From assembly GCF_006345805.1 (NCBI RefSeq), contig NC_042997.1, positions 176,390,001 to 176,454,000 on the forward strand: a stretch of 64,000 nucleotides of DNA, given 5' to 3'. Below are positions 1 through 12,770 of the stretch, one piece after another. Numbering within the stretch: position 1 is the first letter of the stretch; each line of letters starts with the position of its first letter. The notes beneath the pieces were generated by a model that was not told the origin of the DNA, did not search any database, and was given only the letters and a program-made list of their open reading frames with translations. This stretch comes from Octopus sinensis (taxonomy: Eukaryota). The translations under genes and the position numbers were made by a program.

Positions 1-94
1 AGAAGTTCATCTTTTGAGAATATTTTTGTCTTTTTTCTTGACTGAAGGGATCAGTAAATAAAAATAAAATATAAGCCAATAAAACATAACTAAC

Positions 95-222
95 CTCTTC
101 TTTATGTAATTTTGCAAATGGAGTAATTGTCAATGCAAATGGTATATGGGAATTTTTTAGCATATCAGCTGTACAAGGAACATTATACATTGTACTCCGA
201 ATAAATCTAGGATTACTGTTAC
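95..222 (-). CDS. SEC24C: SEC24C/D coding exon 7 (gene continues beyond left edge)
   Basis: Manual translation (G)NSNPRFIRSTMYNVPCTADMLKNSHIPFALTITPFAKLHKEE resembles the Sec24C segment before the zinc finger (GNASPRYIRCT.YN.PCT.DM). Acceptor tttcag, donor gttagt; phase fits the previous exon. Confidence 0.95.
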
Positions 223-1686
223 CTGAAATATAAGTAAACAATAAAAATTAATGCAGATAAAAAAGTGATTTTTTTCTTTATAAAATTTAGTACAAGAAAA
301 ATTTTGTTGGAGAATATATTTCATAAAATTGTGCAGAAGCTTGTCATATAAAGATGTATGCATTTATATGTCCTTCACCAATGTGTATTAGTGAATGATG
401 TTACATCAGTGAGAAAACTAAAAGATCCTGTGTTCTTCAAACAAATGTTCCTTGTAAATTTGTTCCAAGTTGAGTTACAGAAACTCCATTCTCATTCTTA
501 CTGTCAGAAGTGCAGTGAACCATTGAGTGGCTAGTTGTAATAACAAATAAATAAAATAAAAGAGGAAGAACAGAACTTGTTTTTTTTTATTTTACAAAGT
601 CTGAGACTAATGAGAGTAAAGGTTGGAAGAAACAGCAATCCATGAGTCATCATCAGAAATGCTAAAAATGCTTGCAGCAGAATGAACTTCACTAGAGCCA
701 GGAACTGGTACAGCCCATTCAACAGGTTTCTGTACAGTTTCCATCTGCTCAAAGTCACACATAAGGCTTGGTTTGATTTGAGGTTATGGTAGAAATTACT
801 TGCCCAAAGTGATGTTTATTAGATTGAACACAGAACTACTTAATTGCAAAACAAACTTAACCACAGGACTATGCTTTCATTTTCAGCTAACAAAATTCAT
901 TTGTTAAACATAAAAGAAAGTTTGCAAAAGAGAATATGTTTAATATCTGTTATTCAATAGTGGTATGGCCTGGATGGGGACTAATTTGAGGCAGCATTTT
1001 ATGACTACATGCCCATAACTTGTTTTTCAGGTAAGGGATTTTACTTGTTTTTGAAAACACAGAATGATCAATCATAATGTGAACAAGGAATGTTAACATC
1101 ATATCATCATTTCACTGAGATGGTGACAAGTGAAGCCATGTAATATCAACATTTGCATATGGCTTCCACACAATTTCTGTCTACAAATTTCACTTACAAG
1201 ACAATGAGTATTCCAACATCTGTTTATCTATATTAGTATGGTTGTACTATGGCATATAATCATTTCCTTCAGTTCTATATCATCTAATCTTTAAGAAAGA
1301 TCTGTCTTGCCATTTCTTTTCTAAAGGATGCTTAAGTACATAGTATCTAAAGTAATTCAAATTAAACTAAAGATGTGTTGCAGTTGACAGAGAGTCAACA
1401 GTGTGTCATTGGGGATGAGTCATGAATGGTTCCTTATCTTATTAGCATGAGCTACAAGAAACAGTGGAACTGTAAACAGATTAATTTCTTAGCTGCAGTA
1501 CTTGGCTCAAATCTTCCCATGAATACATTCAGTATTAACAGGAATTCTATTATGTGGACAGGGATATCTCTTAACTGTTTGGTGTCTTAAAAATTGGGCC
1601 ATACACGAATACAACTGATAATAGTGAAGAATAAAAGAGGAGAAAAAAATCACTCTAGCTGGAATAAGTATTGTAAAAAGAAATAC

Positions 1687-1795
1687 CTTGATCCTGAGTA
1701 ACAAAATTGGTTGTTATCAGAGGAGGAACTTGACCACGCACATTTGTTGTGAAAATACCACTTTTATTTCGTCTATCATCTTCAATTACTTGGAT
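1687..1795 (-). CDS. SEC24C: SEC24C/D coding exon 6
   Basis: IQVIEDDRRNKSGIFTTNVRGQVPPLITTNFVTQDQ(G) matches the Sec24C/D motif IQVIEDD...RGQVPPLVTTNF..DQG. tttag/gtattt splice sites, 109 bp, phase 0 to 1. Confidence 0.96.
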
Positions 1796-1933
1796 CTAAA
1801 TAAACCATGATGAAAAAACAAAAACAATTATTAAATTAGAATGGTACAGAAACTAATTTCAATTATAAATAATGTAAAATTAATCACTTAATAAAAATAG
1901 TACATTATATAATAAGATTCCTTATGAACTTAC

Positions 1934-2617
1934 TGGACTGGGCATTTGGTCCGGATCCAATCTTCTCGGTTGCTGCGGTTGCATACCTGAATGGCTGCCA
2001 GTGTGGTAACCACCAGAAGGCATCTGAGACGAAGATCCAGTATAGGGTCCAGAAGATGGGGGTGCATTAAACTGAGGTGGTGGACCAATAGATTGAGGAG
2101 GAGCCACACCATATGTACTCGAAGCTGCAGAGGAAGATGGAGGCGGCCCTTGTCCCATCATGTGAGGCTGGGGTGGTACTTGACCAAGAATTCCTGAATG
2201 TACAGGAGTGTTCATGCTTGGGGGAGCTGACCCATATCCCTGGGATGGTGGCATATAGTTAGATTGAGAACCCATGTTAGGCCCAGAATTTGGAGCATAT
2301 GAGTCCATTGGTACTTGACCAACTGGACGAGAACCAACATTGGATGTAGGGGGTGGGCCAACACTTGATTGTAGGGGTGGGCCGGGAGGACCAACACTGG
2401 ATGGAAAAGGCGGACCAATGCTGGATGGTGGTGAAGGACCAGCATTGATCTGTTGGTTTGGTCCAATGATGGATGAAGGTGGAGGGCAATAACTGGTTTG
2501 TTGAGGCGGCCCAATATTGGTTTGTTGGGGTGGTCCAACATTGGATGGTATGGGTGGACCAACATTAGTTTGTTGGGGTACACTCATGTTAGTTGGTGGA
2601 GGTGGTAAATTTCCAGT
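1934..2617 (-). CDS. SEC24C: SEC24C/D coding exon 5, Pro/Gln/Gly-rich N-terminal region
   Basis: 684-bp open exon ending ...QQPRRLDPDQMPSP (Sec24C/D RLDPD..PSP motif). ttccag acceptor, gtaagt donor, phase 0-0. Confidence 0.95.
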
Positions 2618-3191
2618 CTGGAAAAAAAAGAGAAATAACAATAAATAACTTAAATTAGATAAGACAATAAAATAAATTTTGAAAAGCTCATAAATGTATT
2701 AGGACAGTATTATAGGTACAGAAATGAACAAGTGCTAATGCATTGCTAACTAGTCAAGTTCATTATAGAGCTGCATAAATTTTCGTGTATGTGGTTACAA
2801 AGTTCATTTCATAACCACATGGTTTCCAGTTTTATATTGCTGTATGGAACTTTGGACAAGTGTCTTCCTCTACAACTTCAGGCTGATCAATAAAAAGTTA
2901 GAAGATTTGGTGCAAATGGGATATCAAATTCCAGCTGGCTATCTACTGCCTTCCCAGAGTAATTATTCATGAATATGTTAAGGACAGATCTATAAAATCA
3001 AGGTATTTTCATATCTTCTTGGATCAGGTAGTTTTTAACATGATATTACAAACTACTAACCAGTATCTTAATAAACTGGACAGTAGAGAAGCCTCTATGT
3101 GATGACTTGACTTGCTAGAACCAGCAGCCAAGTCACATTATCCTACACTACCATCATACAAAAAGAAAAGGCATATTGGATAATGTACTTC

Positions 3192-3650
3192 TGTGCCAGT
3201 GGCACATAAAAGACACGCTTCGAGTGTGATTGTTATCAGTGTCGCTTTACTGGCACTTGTCTTGTGCCCCGTGCGAACAGGGTGCTACGAGCACCATCTG
3301 AGCGTGATCGTTGCCAGAGCGGCTAACTGGCTTCTGTGCTGGTGGCATGTAAAAGGCACCATTCGAGCGTGAGCGTTACCAGCATTGCCTTACTGGCACT
3401 TGTGCCAGTGGAATGTGTAAAAACATTTGAGCATGGCTGTTGCTAGTACCGCCTGATTGGCCCCCATGCCAGTGGCATGTAAAAGCACCCACTACACTCT
3501 CGGAGTTTTTGGCGTTAGGAAGGGCATTCAGCTGTAGAAACTCTGCCAGATCAAGATTGGAGCCTGGTGCTGCTATCTGGTTCGCCAGTCCTCAGTCAAA
3601 TCATCCAACCCATGCTAGATTGGAAAGCTGACGTTAAACGATGATGATGA
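3192..3650 (+). mobile_element. RTE-type LINE 3'UTR fragment with tandem hairpin units and (GAT)n tail
   Basis: About 5 copies of GTGCCrGTGGCACrTAAAAGCACC-containing units, then the shared ...ggcgttaggaagggcat...ccaacccatgctagc...gacgttaaacgatgatgat end. Confidence 0.8.
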
Positions 3651-4610
3651 CATATACATAAAAAACTGGATGATTGTGACTGGAATCCCTTTGATCATAG
3701 GTCTGCTCAAGCAGGGTCAACCATAATAACGTCATGAGTCCAACTGAAACCAACACACTACAACTACCAGGGCACTCTTTCATCTCTGTGCTTCTCTACT
3801 GTTACAACGTTCTCTGTTCCTCTGAACTAGCAATCTGCATGTCATTTCTGCCAGAGTCCATCTGATGTACCTGCTTTCATTACCACCTTACTCCCTATTA
3901 GAGTTCCTGCAAATGAAGCACTTTACCAGTTACACCTAAGAATTGTATCCCGCTAAAATCTCTCTCTTCCCACTTCCCTCCCATACAGAAATTTAAATTG
4001 AAGCTCAGCAATACACACACACATGCACATCAAGGGCCTCCACTGGTCAAGGTTGACCATGCATCCATACATCTTTGCACAAGTCTAGCCAAATTTCTTT
4101 TGAAGAAGACTGGTAGTTGCTTATGCATGTACTCTCACCTTTCCATACCAATTATGTTATTCAAGGAAAAGACTGCCATCTTGAACCAATACAGCTTGGT
4201 ACAATGTTGTCAAAGGCATTGCTATCAGAATGTAAAGAGCCCAAACAGATACAACAAAGCACCTTTCCCACCCTCCATCAGTTCCATTAATCCATTGCTC
4301 TGAACTAGTACTATTTTACTGACCCCAAAAATATAAAAGGTAAAGTTGATCCTCACAGAAATTGAAATTGAAAGTGCAGGAGAATTGGAACAATTAGTAT
4401 GAAGAATTCTAGTTAATGCTCTAACAATTGCCAATTCACCATCCCAACTACACTGATCATTCCAGTCAGGAAGGGTTTACTAATACCATGGCCACTTCTC
4501 CAAATAAAATTTCTTAGGAAAAAAACAAAACAAAAAGACACACTGCATCTCTGCAATGTGAAAAGTATAAAATGAAAGGAAGAAGGAAAAAACATTATCT
4601 GTCAGCAAAC

Positions 4611-4664
4611 CTGAGGATATCTTCCATCTTGATTTATAGACATACCAGCCATCTGAGGTGTGAT
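4611..4664 (-). CDS. SEC24C: SEC24C/D coding exon 4 (54 bp)
   Basis: ITPQMAGMSINQDGRYPQ. ttacag acceptor, gtttgc donor; phase 0-0 fits both neighbours. Confidence 0.8.
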
Positions 4665-5053
4665 CTGTAATAATTTAAATTAGAAGATTTTAAAACTTTA
4701 TTTGCCCAACATTTTGTTTAAATTAAAATTTCTTTTGGAAACAGAGAAAATTTTAAATTATCAACTAAGTTTTAAAAATGTACTTTTAGGTAAATATTTT
4801 GCTTTCCAATAGAAAAAAAAACTCCTCAAAATTACAAGAAGTCAAATTATAAAAATATCAAAACTTTAAAAAAATTTTTTTTATTTTCAAAACATTAATG
4901 ATTTTTTTAATATTGGATTTATAGAAAATACATAAGTCTCTCATCAAAGGAGTAACAAACCAAAACATATTTACTGTTAACAGATATATTCTTATATCTT
5001 TAATTACAAATCACATTAAGTAATAAATATTATCTAAGAATTATAAGTGATAC

Positions 5054-5285
5054 CTGGGACATTGGTGGAGCTTCTCTATATTGGTTTTGCATCTGTACAG
5101 GCATGGTTCCAGGAACTTGATTAGGTGGTGCACCAGTTGGCCTGTTAGGGAACTGTTGCATCATTGATGGTTGATGAAGGTTGCCAGTAGTAGGAGGAGG
5201 AGGAGGCATCTGTTGACTGGAGGAACCAGGCGGCCCACTAAATCCCATATGTGGTTGGTTATTGTTGGATGGTACAGAAACCATT
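5054..5285 (-). CDS. SEC24C: SEC24C/D coding exon 3
   Basis: (R)MVSVPSNNNQPHMGFSGPPG...REAPPMSQ. ttcag acceptor, gtatca donor, phase 2 to 0. Confidence 0.88.
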
Positions 5286-5857
5286 CTGAAAGGGATTAGG
5301 TTCCATTACATGTTGACAATTAATAGGAAGAAGGTGTAAAAAGGAGGCAGACTAATACTGTTTAAAAGTAAATTTTGAATTGCTTTAGAATTTCAGTTTT
5401 ATTTTTATTCTTTAAAATTTTAGCACTTTCCAGATCTAACTTCTGTAGTTTCTTGATATCTTGATTCATGTAGGCATAATGCCTAGGATTTTTGAGTGTA
5501 CATGAAATGAGTTGTGAAAGATATGATTGTCTCAAGGAAACTAAGACTTATGAGTGACAAAAGCCAGAACTAGAAATCAAAACCTGGCCTCTAGCTTAAA
5601 CAAAGAGGAGCTTAACCTTTTACCCTATGATACATCAATCAATTATTTGACTTGGGTTGATAATTTTGAAGTCTGTCCCTTCTCACTCGTACTTGTTCCA
5701 AATTTTCATTATAAGAGAACAAACTTCTAGGTCACACTGAAAGCTTGTACAATTAAATTTTTATCAGGTCATTTAGCATAAGCAAAAATACAACTTCTAA
5801 AACATTGCTATGCTTTATTCTTATTATATAACTTGTTGAAAGAACACACTAGTTCTA

Positions 5858-6250
5858 TTACTCTTTTACTTATTTCAGTCATTTGACTGCGGCCATGCTG
5901 GAGCACCGCCTTTAATTGAGCAACTCGACCCCGGGACTTATTCTTTGTAAGCCCAATACTTATTCTATTGGTCTCTTTTGTTGAACCGCTAAGTGACAGG
6001 GACATAAACACACCAGCATCGGTTGTCAAGCAATGCTAGGGGGACAAACACAGACACACAAACACACACATATATATATATATATACGACGGGCTTCTTT
6101 CAGTTTCCGTCTACCAAATCCACTCACAAGGCTTTGGTCGGCCTGAGGCTATAGTAGAAGACACTTGCCAAGGTGCCACGTAGTGGGATTGAACCCGGAA
6201 CCATGTGGTTGGTAAACAAGCTACTTACCACACAGCCACTCCTGCGCCTA
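5858..6250 (-). mobile_element. Full-length tRNA/CORE-type SINE, family A
   Basis: Head (aggcgcaggagtggctgtgtggtaag...gggttcaatccc), CORE-like ccttggcaagtg, microsatellite linker, aaaagagt-type tail; possible CTATTA TSD (5855-5860 / 6248-6253). Confidence 0.85.
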
Positions 6251-6470
6251 TTAGTATACTGCTACTCAATGAGAAAGTGAAGAGCAGTTTCAGTTTAATT
6301 TCTACTGGAATTAAATTAACAAGGTAATTTTTTTTTCTTTTTAGGTATCTTACTGATCATTATATTTTCCCAACTCAAGCAACAAAATTAAAAATCAAAT
6401 GATTTGCAATTATGCTGAGTCACCAATAAAATACATGAAGCTTCAAGATAGAGAAAAAAAATGAACCAAC

Positions 6471-6600
6471 CTAGGGCCATCTGTTGGATAGTTTCTGAAA
6501 TTTGCATTATCTGTTTGGGGTCCATTTTGTGCATGGCCACTCATTTCATATTGACCAGGAGGCCCCATACCTTGCTTCATAGGTGGAAATCCTGTGGGTC
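6471..6600 (-). CDS. SEC24C: SEC24C/D coding exon 2
   Basis: (G)PTGFPPMKQGMGPPGQYEMSGHAQNGPQTDNANFRNYPTDGP(R). tgttag acceptor, gttggt donor; 130 bp bridges phase 1 to 2 exactly. Confidence 0.88.
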
Positions 6601-6748
6601 CTAACAAAGACAATAAATAGTGAATTGTTAGAGATACAATATTGTTTTTGTTTTTTAATACATTTTAACCACATACTAATGTTCACTATACTGTAGACAA
6701 AGTTATCCTACTTATTATTAGGCTGAAATTTTTGAAAGTTAGTAGTTC

Positions 6749-6767
6749 AAGAGAGAGAGAGAGAGAG

Positions 6768-6805
<38 letters not shown>

Positions 6806-6835
6806 AGAGAGAGAGGGGAGAGAGGGGGGGGGGGG
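6749..6835. repeat. (GA)n/G-run pure purine tract
   Basis: 87 consecutive purines. Confidence 0.9.
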
Positions 6836-8549
6836 CTTTGTAAAGAGTTAGAACCTATTCAGAACTAAACATTTTTTGAATGCATGAATAATGTTGGGTG
6901 CCAGCATTTGTAGGAAATATGATATTACTTATAAGAAGTGGCAGATGCAATATTGGCTATATTTCATTTGGGAGATCTCAAATGATAAGCAGAATTTATG
7001 TCTTATGTTTCTAGGTAATCTTAACCCCCTTATCAATGGGAATGGGTTAACTAAGGCTTCTAGCTGGAACTCCACTTCTCTCAATGATCAGCTGGTATAC
7101 TTTGAAATATCATCATAATTTAATATATGTTTTCCACACTGGTATGGAAAACAGACATTGAATAATAAATACATTTCCCAAATGTTAAAATTAAGGGATG
7201 TTTCTCCCATCTTATCTAAAACTTGCCAAAGAAACAGACAACATTTGGACTTCCTCAATAATAAAATAACAACACAATTTTGCTTTGCAAGCTAAAATAG
7301 TGCAGTCATTTGTTCCTCTTCAAAATATGACTGAAGCAATTGAAATGATTTTATGATGAGCAAAAGGATTAGAAGGGACAATAGTAGGCATCCTCTACTG
7401 TATTGGCACAAGGAACACAATGTTTATCAATACTGAATGACCGAAGACAAGATAAACAAGTGTGCAATGAAGACAACAAAATGATCTTACAATGTAGCAT
7501 CTTTTGATTTGGAAATTTGCCAGATGGTTTGAAAAAATTTCAATGGGGATGAGATATCATGTGATTGCAGGGTAGAAACCATCACTAAACCTTTTAAAAA
7601 TTTAGTGTAATAGATGCAAGGATCAAATCATTTATCTGTTAATTTAAATCAATATTTTGTTGAATAACTTATCCCTAAGTTAATATTATAACTCCACATA
7701 CACTATATCACTAGCTTCAAAATAGACAAATAGTTGATGGTAGTTAAGTTAGCATTAACATATCTAATGCATAGTACATTAGAAAACAAACTAGGACTAA
7801 TTATATATTGAGAAAAAACAATATTAGTCAACAATTAAGACTGTTTACATTTTTCTAGCAAACATGAGGGACTATATAGAACATATTTTGGTTTTCTCAT
7901 GTTCTCACCAGCAGAGCAAAGCCTTAATCATACTTGCTGATGTACTGATAACAAAAAGTAAATGTACAAGATTTTACAATGATAGAAATTAGAATTATTT
8001 AGGGGTTACATAACTCAGAAATATGCTCATCACTAAGGGATAGCATTGGATGGCACGACCCTCTCACTATTCAATGGTGCACCCTCAGATTTACAATAAT
8101 ACACTTATTTTGAAATTCCACTTTAGCATTATTACAAATTAGTGCCCACCCAGAATATAATGAAGCATGCCCAGGCCTCAAAGTCTGGTGACAGGTCTGC
8201 TCAGAAATACCATCTGCATGAAAATATTCCCTTAATTTTAATATTTATGACAAGCAAAAACATTTTCATTCTATTTTGCATTTAATACTAATGTTCATTT
8301 TCTTTTTACTGTATAGTTGAGATCACTTCACAACGACATGATTCCAGATTTGACCCCACTGCATAATACTTAGTCTACAGCCAATCCCATCCATGTGAGT
8401 GAAATGGGTTAAATGGAAACTTTGTGGAAGCCTGCTGGACACACAGTACCAGCTCTAGAGCCCTAGCCTTAATTTTCCGCCTGGTTTAATAACATCATAC
8501 ATCATTTGGTGCCCTTAGCAAAGTTCATTCTGCTCCAAGTATTTTCAAT

Positions 8550-8955
8550 TACTCTTTATTCTTTTACTCTTTTACTTGTTTCAGTCATTTGACTGCGGCC
8601 ATGCTGGAGCACCGCCTTTAGTCGAGCAAATCGACCCCAGGACTTATTCTTTGTAAGCCCAGTACTTATTCTATCAGTCTCTTTTGCCGAACCGCTAAGT
8701 GATGGGGACGTAAACACACCAGCATCGGTTGTCAAGCAATGCTAGGTGGACAAACATACATACACACATATATATATACATACATACATATGACGGGCTT
8801 CTTTCAGTTTCCGTCTACGAAATCCACTCACAAGGCTTTGGTTGGCCCGAGGCTATAGTAGAAGACACTTGCCCAAGATGCCACGCAGTGGGACTGAACC
8901 CGAAACCATGTGGTTGGTAAGCAAGCTACTTACCACACAGCCACTCCTGCGCCTA
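8550..8955 (-). mobile_element. Full-length SINE, family A
   Basis: Near-identical to the 5858-6250 and 42064-42460 copies. Confidence 0.85.
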
Positions 8956-9317
8956 GATATTCTTTTTCCTACTTTCCCCCTATAAATCATGAATGCTCTG
9001 AAAAAAAAGTCATGGTTATTAATCTCTTTCAACTAAGCCATAAAAAGGTAATATTTATAAAAGAGACTGTGGATTTCATAGGTGACAATCCAGTTTCTCT
9101 ACCTTGAAAGCTATAATAAGTCCACTTTTACTCACAGTTTTAGTGAAATAAGTTTTTATTGTTTAGATTTCTCCAAATGCTAATTTGTGAGAAAAATTCT
9201 CACAAACATTCAAGGTTACACAACTATTTCTCATGTTTAATTTAGCACAAATAGCATTCTTATATCAATATCATTTTAGAGCAGATACAGGATAAAAGAA
9301 AAGTTTATAGAAGTTAC

Positions 9318-9471
9318 CTCTTATGCCAGGTGGTCGTTGTACCATATTTGGCCCATTATACATGTTCTGTCCAGGCAAATGAGGTCGTGAAGGAGGTGCT
9401 GCTGATACCTGGATCCCACCTCCATGTGGAGTTACACCAGGGCCAAACCCACTATGATACTGAGGGTTCAT
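9318..9471 (-). CDS. SEC24C: SEC24C/D first coding exon (ATG at 9471; exon starts at 9487 with 16 nt of 5'UTR)
   Basis: MNPQYHSGFGPGVTPHGGGIQVSAAPPSRPHLPGQNMYNGPNMVQRPPGIR(G). Start context ccaacaATG; the ttttag acceptor at 9488-9489 shows an upstream non-coding exon exists; donor gtaact. Confidence 0.85.
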
Positions 9472-9701
9472 TGTTGGTGAATAAAATCTAAAACACAAAG
9501 AAAGTAAAATCATAACAAGATGACTAATAGTAAATATGATCAATGTGATGACACTTTAAGTATGGTTGAAGTACTTTTATTTCAAGAACCTACTTATTTC
9601 AGAAGCATATAAAAAAAAGAGTAAAGAGAAGAGGAAAAAATGCATAATTCTAAATGTATAATTAGAAGACTTCAAACAAAAAGGACTTGAAAAACATAGT
9701 T

Positions 9702-9890
9702 TGCCACATAAAAGCAGCCCTCACATCCTGTAAAGTGGTTGGCATTAGGAAGGGCATCCAGCAATAGAAACCATGCCAAATCAGGAGTCTGGTGCAGTCC
9801 CCCACTCTTAGCTTGCCAGCTTTGGTCACCTCGTCCAACCCACACCAGCATGGACAATGGACGTTAAGTGATGATGATGATGATGATGAT
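9702..9890 (+). mobile_element. 5'-truncated RTE-type LINE 3' end
   Basis: Same conserved 3' end and (GAT)n tail as the other RTE copies. Confidence 0.75.
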
Positions 9891-11382
9891 ATTCCATGAA
9901 TTCTCTCTCGTTTTTTTATCTTTTTAGTTGTTTCAATCATTAGACTGCAGCCATGCTGGAGCACAGCCTAGAAGGATTTTTAGTCGAATGAATTGACCCC
10001 AGTACTTATCTTTCTTTAAAGCCTGATACTTATTCTATCGACCTTTTTTGCTGAACCGTTAAGTTACAGGGACATTAACACACAAACACTGGTTGTCAAG
10101 CAGTGTGTGTGGGGGGGGGGGGTATCAAACATAGACAGTTCGTCAATAAATTACAAAGAGAAGAATTCAGAAGAAAAACCATAACCTATTTTAGTGATAT
10201 TTTCAGTTTTCATGGAACACAAGATAATGTTCAGGTCATGTTAAAATACCCAATACAAAAAAAAAAATCAATGATGATAATGATACTAAAATTAACGAAG
10301 CAAAATTCTGATGCTACAGTCTTAAAATTAGAATGGAATTTTTACTGCATACAATGCAATATCTTAGAGTAAGTTCTTTTCAAATGAATGAGCAAGTGAA
10401 TAAAATTTATTTCAGTTCAACATGGTCTCTTAAATGTACACTGGCTGGTAGGTGGCACATTGAAGACCACATGTTAGAATTCAATATGGATCTAAAAATG
10501 AAAACTGATGAGACTGATTCTTAAAAGAAAGGAGTGAAAATCACAAAAGAACAGTAGCTTTACTGAATATTAAGCTTATACTTAAAATCAATTGGAGAAT
10601 AAATTATGGAAAACAGGTCTCCAATATTTTCAGTTGGGAAAGGACATTCAGTTCAAGTAGATATTAGATACATTTAAGGTTAAGATACAAGGTAAATAAT
10701 TAGAAAATACCAACTAAAAATTTTGGCTGTTATCAGATAAGTAAAATAATAATTAGGTGCTCCCTCTTGTATTCTCTTATCAGAAAGTATGAACAGTTAT
10801 TTCTATAACCCATCTGTACACACAAAGAATTATGTACAACAAAATCATTTAAGAGCTTGCTTGATATCTATTTTAACTATTTTGAGATATGCCTTAAATC
10901 TTTTGAAATTCGTTAACACATGGTTAATTTATTTGCCTAGACATTATCTGACGGCTGAACTGAATGAAAATTTGTCAAAATCTGACTATTTTATCCCAGT
11001 TTTGACTTGTCTGTGGGATTTTACATTTGTCCTAAATAACAAACATACAAAAATATGCTTGAAGCAGACTTTTACAAGCAGTCTATTATAAAACTGTTTT
11101 CTTTAGAGAAAAATTATAAATTCAGTATACATAGAAGCTTATTAGTCTTATCCAAACAGTCATGTCTGCAGCATTTTACGAAAGCGTACTCTTGTAACAC
11201 ACACGCACACATAGATAGATATGCCCTACCTTTGAGTTTAGATCCAATGCCATTTATAAGTGTTTGCCCACTTATCACTATTTCAACATACCCCACTTAT
11301 CCATTACCCTGTCTCCATGTATGTTTACTGTATCACTAATTTATTAGATACAATTTTCGATCCATTAGAGGTGTGGATAGAC

Positions 11383-11790
11383 ACAGGCATGGGTGTGTGG
11401 CTGAGAAGCTTATTTACTAACCATGTGGTTTTGGGTTCTGTCTCACTGCGTGACAACATGGGCAAGTGTCTTCTACTATAGCACTGGGCTCACCAAACCC
11501 TTGTGAATGGATTTGATAGACAGAAACTGAAAAAAGCCTGTTGTGTTGTTTTGTGTGTGTATGTATGAGTATGTATATACCTAAGTTTCAACATCATGTG
11601 ATGGTTGATGGTAAATGAGCATCACTGTCATAAAAGTGGGGCTGCTTCCTTCCAGTCTTCCATGAAAAGCATGTCAAGCTATGGGAAAATGTTACCTTGC
11701 TTGGAAACAGAAGAGGGTTGTCACAAGAAGGGCATCTAGTTGTAGAAAATCAGCTGCAACAAATTCCATCTGACTCACGCAAGCATGGGT
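11383..11790 (+). mobile_element. SINE family C (family A head plus RTE-like tail)
   Basis: Same head as A up to the microsatellite linker, then a different body ending ...aagggcatc...gtagaaaatc...gcaagcatgg. Confidence 0.7.
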
Positions 11791-12770
11791 GGCTGTGTGT
11801 GTGTGTGTATATATGCACACACAACATACAGATCACCAGCCACTTTACATAGGCTACTGAATGAATTTTATCATAGCACCAGCACTAAATGTCCTTGAAA
11901 GACTAAAGGTAACTGGCAATGCTATGCTATCACCATGAGTTTGCTGACCTCTTTAAAAGAGTCTTCTGAGTACATTTTACCAAGACACTGGCACTAGTGA
12001 ATTTCTTTATGTCCTTGAGTCCTCACTACTCTATGACATGTTTGTTCACTCATGAAATAGACCAAGGTTTACAGTATTGAGATTAGCAATATAAAAAGAA
12101 CCATGATGAATGGGTGGAGGTAACAAGAGGTAATATGGGAGCAAGAGGGTAATAGATGGGAAGAGCATGCTATTCTTAGTTATCCCAGCAAACAGCAGAA
12201 GGTGATAGAAAGTGAGAGGAGTGATGGAGATTGACAAGGTATCAAAAGCTAAGGCAAGTACTATATGTTGACACAGTAGCAACAATCTGTATCAAGACCC
12301 TAATATTGATTCTGTCAACCCTCCATCATTGCTACTAGTTTCTAATGGTTATAACTTTCATTTGGTCATGTTTGCACAAGTGAAGTGATCGTGTTTAGCA
12401 CTGCATGTCACCAATCATCTTGTCACCATCGTACAAGCAGGGGTCTCCATTGATGATCTTATGTGAAAACATGTCTGACCAAAGGGAAATATTACTTTGC
12501 TTGGAAGTAGATGAGAGTAGCAACAGAAGGAGTATCTGGTCAAAAATCTGCCTCAATAAATTCTTTATGATTCCTGTAAGCAAGTGTACATACATATATG
12601 TGTACACAAGGAACAGCTATAGCTGTGTAGTTAAGAAGTTCAATTTCCAAGCATGTGGCTTCAGGTTCGGTCCCATTTTACAGCACATGTCTACTACTAC
12701 AGCCTTGGGTCAGCTAAAGCCTTGAGAATGAACTTACTAAACAGAAAATGTACAAAACTCAGATATATAT

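Noticed and set aside
565-750. Minus-strand reading EQMETVQKPVEWAVPVPGSSEVHS... in a SEC24C intron
   Set aside because: Not needed for the exon phase chain and ends in a stop; possibly a transposon relic but I cannot assign it.
3192-3490. CRISPR-like repeat/spacer pattern (also at 39.7-40.7 kb and 56.2-56.4 kb)
   Set aside because: The spacers are homologous to each other, the array sits in an RTE 3'UTR of a eukaryote, and there are no cas genes.
7021-7050. TTAA-CCC...GGG-TTAA mini-palindrome
   Set aside because: Only 3-bp terminal match; could be chance.
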